DNA of 64,000 nt from Clostridiales bacterium (GCA_022508305.1 JAFLVM010000001.1:770341-834340); one strand, 5' to 3'; positions 1-9,442 are shown, counted from the stretch's first letter. Numbers and translations: made by a program. Notes: generated from the sequence alone by a model not told the origin.

Positions 1-2
1 CT

Positions 3-329
3 AACACCTTAAATGCGGTTACAGCTTTCCAAACGGCGAACGGCTTGACCGCGGACGGCATTGTGGGTCCTAGAACTTGGCAAACGTTGCTCGTGCTGCC
101 ACCTCGTCCAACAGTTCGGCAAGGGGATAGAGGAGTATACGTGCGCTATTTGCAACAAAAACTGACCTCCAAACTGTACCCACTGGGTTCAATAGACAGC
201 ATATTCGGCAACGCGACAAGACAGGCGGTTGTAGCCTTTCAGCAGGAAAACAACCTCGCGGCCGACGGTATAGTAGGACCTCTCACCTGGGACGCCGTCT
301 CCACCGTCGGCGGCGGCCGAACTCTGTAA
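3..329 (+). CDS. Peptidoglycan-binding-domain protein, C-terminal fragment (5' end outside window)
   Basis: Frame is open from the window edge to TAA at 327-329. Two copies of the DGIVGPxTW putative peptidoglycan-binding repeat (NGLTADGIVGPRTWQTL, NNLAADGIVGPLTWDAV). Confidence 0.7.
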   Translation, partial: NTLNAVTAFQTANGLTADGIVGPRTWQTLLVLPPRPTVRQGDRGVYVRYLQQKLTSKLYPLGSIDSIFGNATRQAVVAFQQENNLAADGIVGPLTWDAVSTVGGGRTL

Positions 330-411
330 CAAAAAAATACCGACCACGCGGCTTTCCCTCCCTATTGACAAACTTTGTAAACTCTGCGAAAACCTCGTAT
401 TCTAATAAAAA

Positions 412-450
412 GTACGAACTCACTTGTCAGTGGGTTCGTACAGTTTTATT
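412..450. terminator. Bidirectional rho-independent terminator
   Basis: 13-bp stem GTACGAACTCACT / AGTGGGTTCGTAC (412-441, loop tgtc), with an A-run upstream and AGTTTTATT downstream. Lies between convergent genes ending at 329 (+) and 490 (-). Confidence 0.75.
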
Positions 451-489
451 GTGGCGGAAAGATATTAACTCCATAAGAACACATAATTG

Positions 490-2871
490 TCAATTATTAT
501 TCGTTGAAACGGGGTTACATTCTATTATAAATTTGCCCAAATGCTCTATACAGTCGGACTTGTTGTTTTTCAACACATATTCGGTTGCAGTGGTATCAAT
601 CGAATATTTGCTCAATATGGCATCTTTAGGCAAGTTCCCGTTAAAAATAATTTTCCAATCTCCATCATGCTCGATTTTTACTACCCAGTCGTTGGATAAT
701 TTACACGGATGTGCAAATTCAATTTGATTACCACTGATTTTTAGATTTTTTTCATCTACTGTGATTTTGGAATTGTGTTTACTAAGATAATTACAAAGTG
801 CCAAATAAAATGGCTGATAGTGCATATTGTATATATTAAAATTCTGATCGGTGCATCTAATATCGTACACGTTATCGTCATCGCTAGCATATCCATATCT
901 TTTACGTCTTAAAACCAAAAACGTTGTAGAGTCCAAATCATAGAAAAATTCAGTATACTTTACTATATACCAAAGTATATTCTTTGAATTGGAAAAATCC
1001 TCATGAATCAGGCGTTCATTAAGAATTGTTTGTAGCACTTCATTAATGTCAAGTTGAGCGTTGTTGCTAATGTAATACTTGGCATAAAACTCATTGGCAA
1101 ACTTCTGAGCCGCAATGGATAAATCTGCCAAAGAACCTCTGTTGTCAGCAGTAAATACTTTATCGCCAAATCCATTCTCTGCTTCTTTAAGAAAATATTT
1201 ATGGCAGTACGCCGTTGCTTTGTCGACTTCCGAATTGTAATACAGTTGTCTTTTCCCCGACTGCATATTAGTTCCATCAAAAACGAGGTTGTTGAAGGAA
1301 CCATACTGCTCACCGGCATAACTTAAAATTATTCTTAAACACAAATTGATTGCTGTTTTATCTTGCAGGATACTATTTAATTCCTCGGCTTTGATAAATA
1401 TTTTCCCGTTTAGGAAAAAATTATGAATAGAACGATTTAATACAGTACTTTGTTCTAGTTTTTCTATCTCAGCTAGATCGTGATAGTGCAATTTTTCTCG
1501 TTCATATTGTAAACTATTATCGGTTGTACCCTTAATATACTCGTAAAAATCTATTCCGGAAGATGCGCAATATCCATCAATTAGTTTTTTAACGAGAGAT
1601 AAGCTTGAATGGATCCGTTTCCCGTCGATACTCGAATTGAATTGCCTTGTCTTGTTGTTGTACTCACGATTTGCATAAATTAGATTTTTTAAAACCCTGT
1701 AGAATTGATTGAATTCTTTATCTTTTTGCACACCGTTAAGCGCATACCAGTAGATAATTCCAAATAAAATTACCCTTTGATAATGGTAAAACTCTTTGAT
1801 ATCGTCAAAGTTTTTAGGCAACAAACTTTCTACCAAACAATCTTTGTCTTTCCATGTAGGGAATGTATCCAACGCGGCGCAAAGAATCTCTAGTAAACTT
1901 TCATCGGCAGCCAACATTTCAACTTCTTTTTTGTAGGAAGCGGTCAAGTCTTGTCTTTCCCATCTTTCGTCATATTCTTGAGAGCCGCAAACAGAGTTTG
2001 TGCATTTAATCATAAACATTAACAGCCTAAACATGTTTCTTTCTGCGCCATCTTTTCCATATTCCTGCCAAAAATAGTCGAGATATGCATTATCAATATT
2101 GGTTTGCCATCTTTTTATTGCGCTTTCCAACTTAATATTTTCCGATTCGTGTTTAAGTCTTTTGTCTAAAGCCGATTCTAATTCAGCTTTAAACAGGTCA
2201 AACCTAGATAGCCTCTTTCCCCTGGCGTTCATCTTTACAAACAAATCATCGGTTAAGCCGAATTTTTCGAGGTACAAACACCAGAAGGTAATATTATTTA
2301 GACGACTCCACAATGCGTGTTCAGTATCTTTAAATTCTAGATGAATTTTATCGAGCATAACCAGCATAGACTGAACGGTTGGGTCTTGGTCATAAGCGTG
2401 AAAATAAGAAGTCGCATTTTGAATCGCTTTCGAAAGATCTTCTATATTTGAAAAATCAAAGTCCATGTCGCAAAGTGCTAAACAAAATTCTTGGGCGGTG
2501 TCTCGCGTAGCATAAGAAAATTTCTTAAGCATTTCTCTATACGACGTGTCTTCGCATGGCGTATCCAAACTCTTTTCCTTGATGCCTACATACCAGTGCA
2601 ACAAGAACAAGGTTGTAAGTCTTTGTTGCCCATCTACAGGATAAAAAAAGCCATTTTCCAGTGACCCGTATATGTAGTCAAGTACAAGAGGTTTATCATT
2701 TTCAAGAGCCTTTTTTAACTGGTCAATGAAGTTTTCCCTTACCTCTTGATAGAGGGATTGTCCTATTGTGTCTATACGTCCTTGCGCGTAATCGCGTTGA
2801 ATGATTGGAATTACAATTTGTACGGAATCTTTTAATAGTTCTAAAAATGAAATTTGCTTTCCGCTTGCCAT
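490..2871 (-). CDS. DUF262 (ParB-like NTPase/nuclease superfamily) protein with a long uncharacterised C-terminal region, 793 aa
   Basis: N-terminal motifs IPIIQRDYAQGR and PVDGQQRLTTLFLLHWY are typical of DUF262/GmrS-like domains. I found no DUF1524/His-Me finger motif in the remaining ~550 aa. AT-rich; starts 1 nt after the upstream gene's stop. Confidence 0.75.
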   Translation of the reverse strand: MASGKQISFLELLKDSVQIVIPIIQRDYAQGRIDTIGQSLYQEVRENFIDQLKKALENDKPLVLDYIYGSLENGFFYPVDGQQRLTTLFLLHWYVGIKEKSLDTPCEDTSYREMLKKFSYATRDTAQEFCLALCDMDFDFSNIEDLSKAIQNATSYFHAYDQDPTVQSMLVMLDKIHLEFKDTEHALWSRLNNITFWCLYLEKFGLTDDLFVKMNARGKRLSRFDLFKAELESALDKRLKHESENIKLESAIKRWQTNIDNAYLDYFWQEYGKDGAERNMFRLLMFMIKCTNSVCGSQEYDERWERQDLTASYKKEVEMLAADESLLEILCAALDTFPTWKDKDCLVESLLPKNFDDIKEFYHYQRVILFGIIYWYALNGVQKDKEFNQFYRVLKNLIYANREYNNKTRQFNSSIDGKRIHSSLSLVKKLIDGYCASSGIDFYEYIKGTTDNSLQYEREKLHYHDLAEIEKLEQSTVLNRSIHNFFLNGKIFIKAEELNSILQDKTAINLCLRIILSYAGEQYGSFNNLVFDGTNMQSGKRQLYYNSEVDKATAYCHKYFLKEAENGFGDKVFTADNRGSLADLSIAAQKFANEFYAKYYISNNAQLDINEVLQTILNERLIHEDFSNSKNILWYIVKYTEFFYDLDSTTFLVLRRKRYGYASDDDNVYDIRCTDQNFNIYNMHYQPFYLALCNYLSKHNSKITVDEKNLKISGNQIEFAHPCKLSNDWVVKIEHDGDWKIIFNGNLPKDAILSKYSIDTTATEYVLKNNKSDCIEHLGKFIIECNPVSTNNN

Positions 2872-2872
2872 T

Positions 2873-4771
2873 TTAACCCTCCAAAAATGTCTTTAACATT
2901 TCGCACTGTTTTTTGTGATACACTTCAAAATCATTTTTGTCCCATTTTGTAAAGTCCAAAGTAAATTTTTGGGGTGAATACATTTTTAGGAATACGCGTT
3001 TGGTGGAATAGGGAATACCTCGCGATGGATCATCCAAAATAGGTAACAACTTCTCACGTTTTTCATAAAATGGAGAATTTCCCAAAGAAGAGTTGTCGTC
3101 GCTACTCAAAAGTGCAAGGTTGCCCATGCGATGCATATCTATTTCATCAAACCCATCTACTTCCTCGTCTATTCTTGTTGCAAGACGGAGAAAATCTTCT
3201 TCTTTAATTTGCGTGTTCATCAAATCGTCAATTGCTTGAATGATACTTTGATAATTTTGTTTAACTTTTTTATCCGAAATAGTTTTCATAGCTTCAGAGA
3301 TACGCAGCCTTTCCTTTTTCAAAAAGTCCAAGATATCTTCTGATGCGGCGAATTTGGAGTGCTGAGCTTTAATATGTTCTACACTCCATCCATGTTTGAC
3401 ATAAAAGTTGAATTTTCCACCTATTTGATTTAGTTCCGTAATATTGAAAAGCATTAATAGTTGCTCAATTACCTTGCGATCATCTTCGTAGTTTAATGTC
3501 GACAAATTACTCAGAGTTATCTTGGTACCCAATATATCCTTTTTTATTGTCTCAATCAAATATTGTACAAATTCGGAACGTGTTTTGTTTTGATAGTGTC
3601 CTATCAAAGAAGAAAGCAATTGCAAACGTTCTGTCGCGTTTTTTCCTTTGTAGGTCATTATAAACCCTATATAATTGTACGCTTCGTAACTTGCATACCA
3701 ATCTTGAATAGTTCTGTAAATTTTTCTCAAATCATCGAAGACGCTCTTTAAATATTTCTTCTTTCCATCAAGAGTTTGACCTTTTAATTTACTCTCATAG
3801 TATGAGAATAGTTTTAGTTCACCTTCTTGATTGTAATCTTTGTCGCCTTGCGTCACCGCAACCTTAATTAGAAAATCCATTCGAGGCGAAACGCGAGAAA
3901 AGTGATTGCCTGTTATAAATGCCCAAAGCTGATCGTTTTCCAGCGCATGTTGTATTTCATCCCAAAGCCTAGCATAACGTTCTTGTTCACGTTTTATTGA
4001 CGTGTTGTTCGGACGAAATTTTTCATCTGTATCGGGCGAGCATATCCTAGAGTTCAACAACATGGCTTTTACGAGTTCTGCATCTGTTAATGGTATTTTC
4101 CCGTTGTTAATGTTGCGAAAAACCAAGTAACAGTCTATGTTTTGGTCTGATGGTAATTCATACCAAATAATTTTTGTTTCCTGCTTCACCGTGGTTTGCA
4201 TCTGTGATTCTGCGGCCGAATCTTTTTTGACTTTATCTGTCAACCATTTTGTTACAATGTTATATGCCTCTACGAAATATTGTGCGTCTGCGATCTGAAA
4301 CGCTTCACTTGCATTAGTTGAACCTAGTGTTTCCAAGCAATGCTTACGAGCATAGTTATTTTCAGCATCTCTTTCAAATTCAATGTCGAAATACTGTGGG
4401 TTTCGCTCATAAAAACTTCGTAAAATAATATAAATCGTGGTCAATCTTTGTTGTCCATCAACCACCTCGTAATAGTTTTCGTCCGATTTATACTTATAGC
4501 TATCCCCCAAGCGTTTTTTTATTTCTTGCTCTGCGAGTTGCTTTACTATGATTGGCTGAAGACAGTAAAACTCACCCACTGTTGCATCTTTTTTTGATGC
4601 GTGAAATTCCCACAAGTCATCCAATAATGTTTCGATTTGCTTGGATTCCCAGCGATAGCCACGCTGATAAGAAGGAATCAAAAAACAATATTTTTTTCCA
4701 TTTTCACCAACGATAAGTTCATTGATGGATAAGCTTCTTAGATTTCTATTACTGGTATTTAATTCTTCCAA
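2873..4771 (-). CDS. GmrSD-family DUF262 + DUF1524 protein (putative type IV modification-dependent restriction endonuclease), 632 aa
   Basis: N-terminus IPSYQRGYRWE and VVDGQQRLTTIYIIL (DUF262). C-terminus WSVEHIKAQHS and HRMGNLALLSSDDNSSLGNSPFYEKR (DUF1524 His-Me-finger-like). TTG start preceded by AAAGGGGAG. Confidence 0.8.
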   Translation of the reverse strand: MEELNTSNRNLRSLSINELIVGENGKKYCFLIPSYQRGYRWESKQIETLLDDLWEFHASKKDATVGEFYCLQPIIVKQLAEQEIKKRLGDSYKYKSDENYYEVVDGQQRLTTIYIILRSFYERNPQYFDIEFERDAENNYARKHCLETLGSTNASEAFQIADAQYFVEAYNIVTKWLTDKVKKDSAAESQMQTTVKQETKIIWYELPSDQNIDCYLVFRNINNGKIPLTDAELVKAMLLNSRICSPDTDEKFRPNNTSIKREQERYARLWDEIQHALENDQLWAFITGNHFSRVSPRMDFLIKVAVTQGDKDYNQEGELKLFSYYESKLKGQTLDGKKKYLKSVFDDLRKIYRTIQDWYASYEAYNYIGFIMTYKGKNATERLQLLSSLIGHYQNKTRSEFVQYLIETIKKDILGTKITLSNLSTLNYEDDRKVIEQLLMLFNITELNQIGGKFNFYVKHGWSVEHIKAQHSKFAASEDILDFLKKERLRISEAMKTISDKKVKQNYQSIIQAIDDLMNTQIKEEDFLRLATRIDEEVDGFDEIDMHRMGNLALLSSDDNSSLGNSPFYEKREKLLPILDDPSRGIPYSTKRVFLKMYSPQKFTLDFTKWDKNDFEVYHKKQCEMLKTFLEG

Positions 4772-4848
4772 CGCTACTTCTCCCCTTTTTATTTAAAATA
4801 CACTTTTGTATTGGTCTGCCTATATGTTAAATTTTACTGTCATCAATG

Positions 4849-4880
4849 CATAAGAACACCCGATTTAGGGTGTTCTTATG
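4849..4880 (-). terminator. Strong hairpin just 3' of tRNA-Ser (terminator-like, no clear U-tract)
   Basis: 13-bp perfect stem CATAAGAACACCC / GGGTGTTCTTATG with a 6-nt loop, 10 nt downstream of the tRNA-Ser 3' end on the minus strand. The following sequence is not U-rich. Confidence 0.5.
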
Positions 4881-4890
4881 GAGATAGTGA

Positions 4891-4979
4891 TGGCGGAGGC
4901 GGAGGGATTCGAACCCCCGTGGGCTTGCACCCAAACGGTTTTCAAGACCGCCTCGTTGTGACCGCTTCGATACGCCTCC
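4891..4979 (-). tRNA. tRNA-Ser (anticodon UGA), CCA encoded
   Basis: Minus-strand sequence GGAGGCGTATCGAAGCGGT...GGTCTTGAAAACC...GGGGGTTCGAATCCCTCCGCCTCCGCCA. It has a 7-bp acceptor stem, anticodon loop CT-TGA-AA, a long variable arm and a T-loop TTCGAAT. Confidence 0.93.
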
Positions 4980-4993
4980 GTATTTACTACACT

Positions 4994-5022
4994 ATTATAC
5001 CAATACCCTGCAATCGTGTCAA
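4994..5022 (-). promoter_or_regulatory. Consensus sigma-A-type promoter for tRNA-Ser
   Basis: Minus strand reads TTGACA (5022-5017), 17-nt spacer, TATAAT (4999-4994). The -10 ends about 14 nt upstream of the tRNA 5' end. Confidence 0.75.
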
Positions 5023-5141
5023 TTTGTTTTTGAATATTGCTAAAGTTTTAATCGCTTTGTTATGACGAAAGTGTATTTGGATTGGCGAATTATATTTACT
5101 AATTATGTTTCCTATTTGTTAAAAACATATTTATTAAAATA

Positions 5142-5170
5142 ACAAGCCACTGCATGACGCTGTGGCTTGT
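5142..5170 (-). terminator. Rho-independent terminator of the sigma-factor operon
   Basis: ACAAGCCAC ... GTGGCTTGT stem. On the minus strand it is followed by TATTTTAATAAAT. Sits 16 nt downstream of the CDS ending at 5186. Confidence 0.65.
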
Positions 5171-5185
5171 TTGGTTAGTTATTGA

Positions 5186-5863
5186 TTACTCAACGGTATT
5201 AAACATACTTTCGATTGTGGCGGTGATAAAGTCCATATCGGCTGTGTCTAAGAAATAAAGATAGTATGTGTATCCTTCGTACACAAATTTTGTATTACAT
5301 TTATCTATATACGACTTGTAGAGGACTTCAACATCGTTTATCTTAATTGACTTTGGTTCCCCCCAATCGGTTTCAAGGGTTTCTACAATTATTTTGTCAT
5401 CTTTTTTTAGGACTGAGATTTCCACCGTATATCCTTCATTAAAAATTTTCTCTTGCATAAAAACAGTCGTTTTTGTATTTTCCACGTCGTAGTATCTTGT
5501 AGTTATACAATCGTCAGCTGTTTCATACCAATCAAGATATAGAACATGATCACCCAAACTTTGAATATAATCTTTAAGCGTATAATCAACAACTTCAGAT
5601 TGAATATTCATATCGTTATAACGCAATATAGTGTCATCACTCGGTTGCAAAACAATAGGTAAAACAACCGAAAGACTTATAACAAGGACCAACGCAACAG
5701 CAATAGACGAAAGCCTAATACTAAGTTGTTTACGCTTTTTTCTCAGTTGCGCTTGCTTAACGATATTTTCTTCAACCTGAACGTGAATACGGTCGTACAA
5801 AGAGTCAAACTCATCTTTATACTTTTCTTCGATTTGAAGAACTTCCTTATCTTTTTCTACCAT
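5186..5863 (-). CDS. Single-pass membrane protein, possible anti-sigma factor
   Basis: Charged N-terminus, one hydrophobic span (IAVALVLVISLSVVLPIVL) and an extracytoplasmic domain. It is the last gene of an operon led by a sigma-70-family gene. Function is inferred from context only. Confidence 0.45.
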   Translation of the reverse strand: MVEKDKEVLQIEEKYKDEFDSLYDRIHVQVEENIVKQAQLRKKRKQLSIRLSSIAVALVLVISLSVVLPIVLQPSDDTILRYNDMNIQSEVVDYTLKDYIQSLGDHVLYLDWYETADDCITTRYYDVENTKTTVFMQEKIFNEGYTVEISVLKKDDKIIVETLETDWGEPKSIKINDVEVLYKSYIDKCNTKFVYEGYTYYLYFLDTADMDFITATIESMFNTVE

Positions 5864-5871
5864 TGTTCTCC

Positions 5872-6684
5872 TTAGCCAACGTTGACAATATAGGCTGCTT
5901 CAAGATTTGATGAATTTATTCTGTAATAACCTGTTGTGGTCATTGGGTGTCCTGTTGCGACTTTAACAAAGCGTTCAGTAAGGAACAATCCCGATGCGTT
6001 GTAGTACTTCATTTCCAAATAGCCAAATGCAATCATAATGTGATTACCCGTTATTGTATATATATCAAAAACATCATGATCTGATTCTTCACTTATATTA
6101 TAAACATTTCCAGGTGTGATAAACAACACCATTACTTTGTTGGCATCAACAGCAGCTTTACAAGCGTCAAAGTTCATTGAACTACCGCTTTTTACGTTTT
6201 GATATGACAATGAGTAGTTTCGATTAGAAAAGTATGTTTGTAATCCACTCTTGAATTCTGCTTCACTCGTTCCGGAACCATTTACGTTGGTTTGCATTAA
6301 AGTATATAATTCTTTCATCACGGCAGGAACGTATGTTCCCTCTTGTATACGATATTTACCGTTTGATGTATAGTAAGAATCCCAACCTGGAATAAGTTCA
6401 GGATAATATTTATCGTAAAAAGCGACAATCTCAGAACCGGCTACTGCCCCACAAGAGTTAGTCAAATTAGCAGTAGCAGTGTATGTTGGCGCACCGCCGG
6501 CAGTTTGAACGAGTGTCATTTCTTTTGACGTGTAATATATTGTTTCGCTTGCGATAGACGATACAATTGGCGCGTCGGCGTATCTGATTTCCGTTTCTTC
6601 GGCTTGTATTGGCGACCATGCGCCGAACAGCGTAACGCCGGCAATCAGGACAAGTATAAGAGCAACATACTTTAGTTTTTTCAT
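5872..6684 (-). CDS. Secreted protein, possible papain-like (C39-like) cysteine peptidase
   Basis: Signal peptide MKKLKYVALILVLIAGVTLFGAWSPIQA. Cys-containing NSCGAVAG and His-containing GNHIMIAFGY motifs fit a Cys/His dyad. Family assignment is tentative. Confidence 0.4.
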   Translation of the reverse strand: MKKLKYVALILVLIAGVTLFGAWSPIQAEETEIRYADAPIVSSIASETIYYTSKEMTLVQTAGGAPTYTATANLTNSCGAVAGSEIVAFYDKYYPELIPGWDSYYTSNGKYRIQEGTYVPAVMKELYTLMQTNVNGSGTSEAEFKSGLQTYFSNRNYSLSYQNVKSGSSMNFDACKAAVDANKVMVLFITPGNVYNISEESDHDVFDIYTITGNHIMIAFGYLEMKYYNASGLFLTERFVKVATGHPMTTTGYYRINSSNLEAAYIVNVG

Positions 6685-6737
6685 AAAATTTCCCCTTTAT
6701 GTGTTTTCTTCCTTATACCTTTTGTGTGCAAAAAATG

Positions 6738-7274
6738 TTAAGTATTTGTTTTTTTATTTTTTACGACGTCTTTTATTTTTTTAATTTTTTGACACACGGC
6801 AGACCTGGACACGTCCATCATCTTGGCAATTTCCGATTGTGTTCTGCCTCCGCGGAAATGTAGCAATGCAACTTCAAGATAGGATTTGTCGAGATCTTTT
6901 AACATATATTCCAAATCGATCGTCGCATCAATTTCGGAATAAGGGTCAAAGTCGTCGGCTACGTACAAGTTTTCTAACGTTTCAACTGCAACGTATTTGG
7001 ATTCCTTTGTATTGATATCTTTTGCCGCATTTTCGATTATTTTCAAAATCCAACTGTACCCATTTCCCAAACGGTTAAATGAAGCAATACTGTTACTTAT
7101 TCTAATATAAGTTTCAGATAATACGTCTCTCCAAAGTGATTTGTCATACAAATAACGCATAGCATAACGAGCGAATATGCCCTTCATATCATCGTAGAAA
7201 TTGGCAAATTCATCTTTGTTTCCTTCCTGGAATGCTATAAGATATTTATTTGTGATTTCTCGGTACTGAGACAT
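6738..7274 (-). CDS. Sigma-70 family (ECF-like) RNA polymerase sigma factor
   Basis: 178 aa. Region-2-like GYSWILKIIENAAKD and a region-4 HTH RGGRTQSEIAKMMDVSRSAVCQKIKKIK. Confidence 0.8.
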   Translation of the reverse strand: MSQYREITNKYLIAFQEGNKDEFANFYDDMKGIFARYAMRYLYDKSLWRDVLSETYIRISNSIASFNRLGNGYSWILKIIENAAKDINTKESKYVAVETLENLYVADDFDPYSEIDATIDLEYMLKDLDKSYLEVALLHFRGGRTQSEIAKMMDVSRSAVCQKIKKIKDVVKNKKTNT

Positions 7275-7329
7275 GTACTGCGTTGCGCCCCTGTGTGTAA
7301 ACTTTGGTAAAGTGGTCGTTGATAATGGT

Positions 7330-7358
7330 ATTATAGTATTTTTTGCATAGTTTGTAAA
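7330..7358 (-). promoter_or_regulatory. Sigma-A-type promoter upstream of the sigma-factor gene
   Basis: Minus strand: TTTACA (7358-7353), 17-nt spacer, TATAAT (7335-7330), about 55 nt upstream of the ATG at 7274. Confidence 0.55.
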
Positions 7359-7410
7359 TTTTTTTGACGGAAAAATGTTGTTTTAGCGTGTTTTTGCCCG
7401 ATTTTGACGA

Positions 7411-7450
7411 AAAAAATGACGCAACTTGGGGTTGCTGCGTCATTATTTTT
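7411..7450. terminator. Bidirectional terminator-like hairpin
   Basis: AAAAAATGACGCAAC-ttgggg-TTGCTGCGTCATTATTTTT: a GC-rich stem flanked by A-run and T-run. Lies downstream of the ABC exporter operon on the minus strand. Confidence 0.65.
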
Positions 7451-7645
7451 AAATTTCAGTCGGTAAATCAATGTGATTTACGACTTTTATCTTTATTTTT
7501 TTAAACTAAAGTTTGAATACAAAATATTATCCAATTATTAAGTTTAACGCATATTGTATTCTATTATCGGTGCGTTATATTCTCCTTAACGTTTACAGCG
7601 TGTTCCGTGTTTTAATGTGTATCCACTTTAACGTTGCGCCAAATA

Positions 7646-9442
7646 TTACTTCAGCAGTTCGTACTGGCTGTTGTAGATTTTGGTGTAGAAGCCGTTACGT
7701 TCCATGAGTTCACGGTGCGTGCCCTGTTCCACCACCTCGCCATTGTTCACCACCAAAATGATGTCGGCGTTGACAATGGTAGAAAGTCGGTGCGCAATGA
7801 CAAAGCTCGTACGTCCTTGAAGCAGCTCGTCCATTGCCTGCTGAATGAGAATCTCCGTACGCGTATCGACGTTGCTGGTTGCTTCGTCCAAGATTAGCAT
7901 TTTGCGGTTAGCCAAGTAACTCCGCGCAATGGTAAGCAGCTGCTTTTGTCCGCTACTGATATTCGTACTTTCTTCGTTAATCACAGTGTCGTAGCCTTGC
8001 GGAAGGGTTGAAATAAAATGGTCGGCGTGCGCTTTTTTTGCCGCCTCTATCACCTCTTCTCGCGTGGCGTCCGCTTTGCCGTAAGCGATATTGTCGTACA
8101 CCGTGCCGTTGAACAGCCAAGTGTCCTGCAGCACCATTCCGAACATACCGCGCAGTTCCCCTCTGTCCATAGTGGAAACGTCCACTCCGTCAACGGTTAT
8201 TGTTCCGCTATCTACGTCGTAGAAACGCATTAGTAGGTTGACTATCGTCGTTTTGCCGCCGCCGGTAGGTCCGACTATTGCCACCTTTTGCCCTGCCTTG
8301 ACTGTAACGGTCAAATCCTTGATAATGGGGTTGACCTTGTCGTAGGAAAAGCTCACGTGGTCAAATACCACGCAGCCCTTGCCCTCATCAGGCGCAGAAT
8401 TTTCCGTATTTTCCACCATTTCCGGCATTTCAAGCAGGTTGTATACACGGTTTGCGCAAGCTAAAGTGTGTTGAATGGAGCCCATACCGTTGGCAATACT
8501 TTCAAGAGGTCCTGCAAACATTTTTGCAAACAAAATTATTTCCACCACGTCGCCGACGCTGACAACCTTGTTGCTTGCCAAAATTCCGCCCGCGATACAC
8601 ACCGCAACGTAGGCAATATTGTTAGTAAAGGCTATTATCGGCTGAATAAGTCCTGCCAAATAGTAGCCGCGATGCATCTTGGCGCGATAGGTTTCGGAAA
8701 TTTCGTCGCAAATCTTTTTTTGCCGTTCTTCGAGGTTAAACGCCTTTACCGTGTCAAAACCCGTGAAATCTTCCTCGATAAACGCGTACATGTCGCCGTT
8801 CACCTTGCGATATTCGTTCCAGCTCTTCTCACTCTTGGCTGAAATTACCGCAGCAAGCGCAATAGACAGCGGCACAAGTACTACAACCGCAGTTGCAAGC
8901 ACCCAGTGTATCGAATACATAAAGTAGGTTATGATAACGATGCGCACCAAACCGTCAATAAGCGTGTCGATGATGACGTAGATTGTGTTGGACATGTTGG
9001 ACACGTCGTTCATCATACGGGAAAGCAGTTCGCCGTTGGGAGTGGAATCTATGTAACTGACGGGCAAGCGTTGTAGCTTGTCGCTTATACGAATACGCAG
9101 TCCTTTGGTGAAGTAACGGGACGTTATGTTAGTTGTTAGCAAAACACGACTAGCCGAGAGTAACGCCGCGCCGCCGTACGCTGCAAGCAAAATCAGACAT
9201 AGCTCGAGCATACGCTGCATGTCGATTGGAACGCGCGTTTCGCCGTAGTCGTAAATCATGTCTGTGATACGGCTGACAACCTCGGGCGCAATTACTGACA
9301 AAAATACCGAGCCGATACACACCACGCCTGCAAGCGCAATGGCCCAAGCAATGGGTTTGATGTCGCGTAGTAGTTTGCCTACCGTGCGCCAAGCGGAATA
9401 TTCTTTTTTCTTATTCGTCGTCTTTGAGGGAGATTTACTCAT
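7646..9442 (-). CDS. ABC transporter permease/ATP-binding protein (exporter half-transporter, subunit 2)
   Basis: Six-TM N-terminal domain followed by an NBD: Walker A GPTGGGKTT, signature SSGQKQLLTIAR, Walker B MLILDEATS. I chose the ATG at 9442 (GGGAGGTGATATCA-ATG), overlapping the upstream gene by 8 nt, instead of the track start at 9562. Confidence 0.9.
   Translation of the reverse strand: MSKSPSKTTNKKKEYSAWRTVGKLLRDIKPIAWAIALAGVVCIGSVFLSVIAPEVVSRITDMIYDYGETRVPIDMQRMLELCLILLAAYGGAALLSASRVLLTTNITSRYFTKGLRIRISDKLQRLPVSYIDSTPNGELLSRMMNDVSNMSNTIYVIIDTLIDGLVRIVIITYFMYSIHWVLATAVVVLVPLSIALAAVISAKSEKSWNEYRKVNGDMYAFIEEDFTGFDTVKAFNLEERQKKICDEISETYRAKMHRGYYLAGLIQPIIAFTNNIAYVAVCIAGGILASNKVVSVGDVVEIILFAKMFAGPLESIANGMGSIQHTLACANRVYNLLEMPEMVENTENSAPDEGKGCVVFDHVSFSYDKVNPIIKDLTVTVKAGQKVAIVGPTGGGKTTIVNLLMRFYDVDSGTITVDGVDVSTMDRGELRGMFGMVLQDTWLFNGTVYDNIAYGKADATREEVIEAAKKAHADHFISTLPQGYDTVINEESTNISSGQKQLLTIARSYLANRKMLILDEATSNVDTRTEILIQQAMDELLQGRTSFVIAHRLSTIVNADIILVVNNGEVVEQGTHRELMERNGFYTKIYNSQYELLK

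Noticed and set aside
365-727. 120-aa plus-strand ORF at the 3' end of the DUF262 gene
   Set aside because: It spans the bidirectional terminator and is antisense to the DUF262 coding sequence.
4811-5065. 84-aa plus-strand ORF covering tRNA-Ser
   Set aside because: It overlaps a canonical tRNA and its promoter, so the tRNA explains the sequence.
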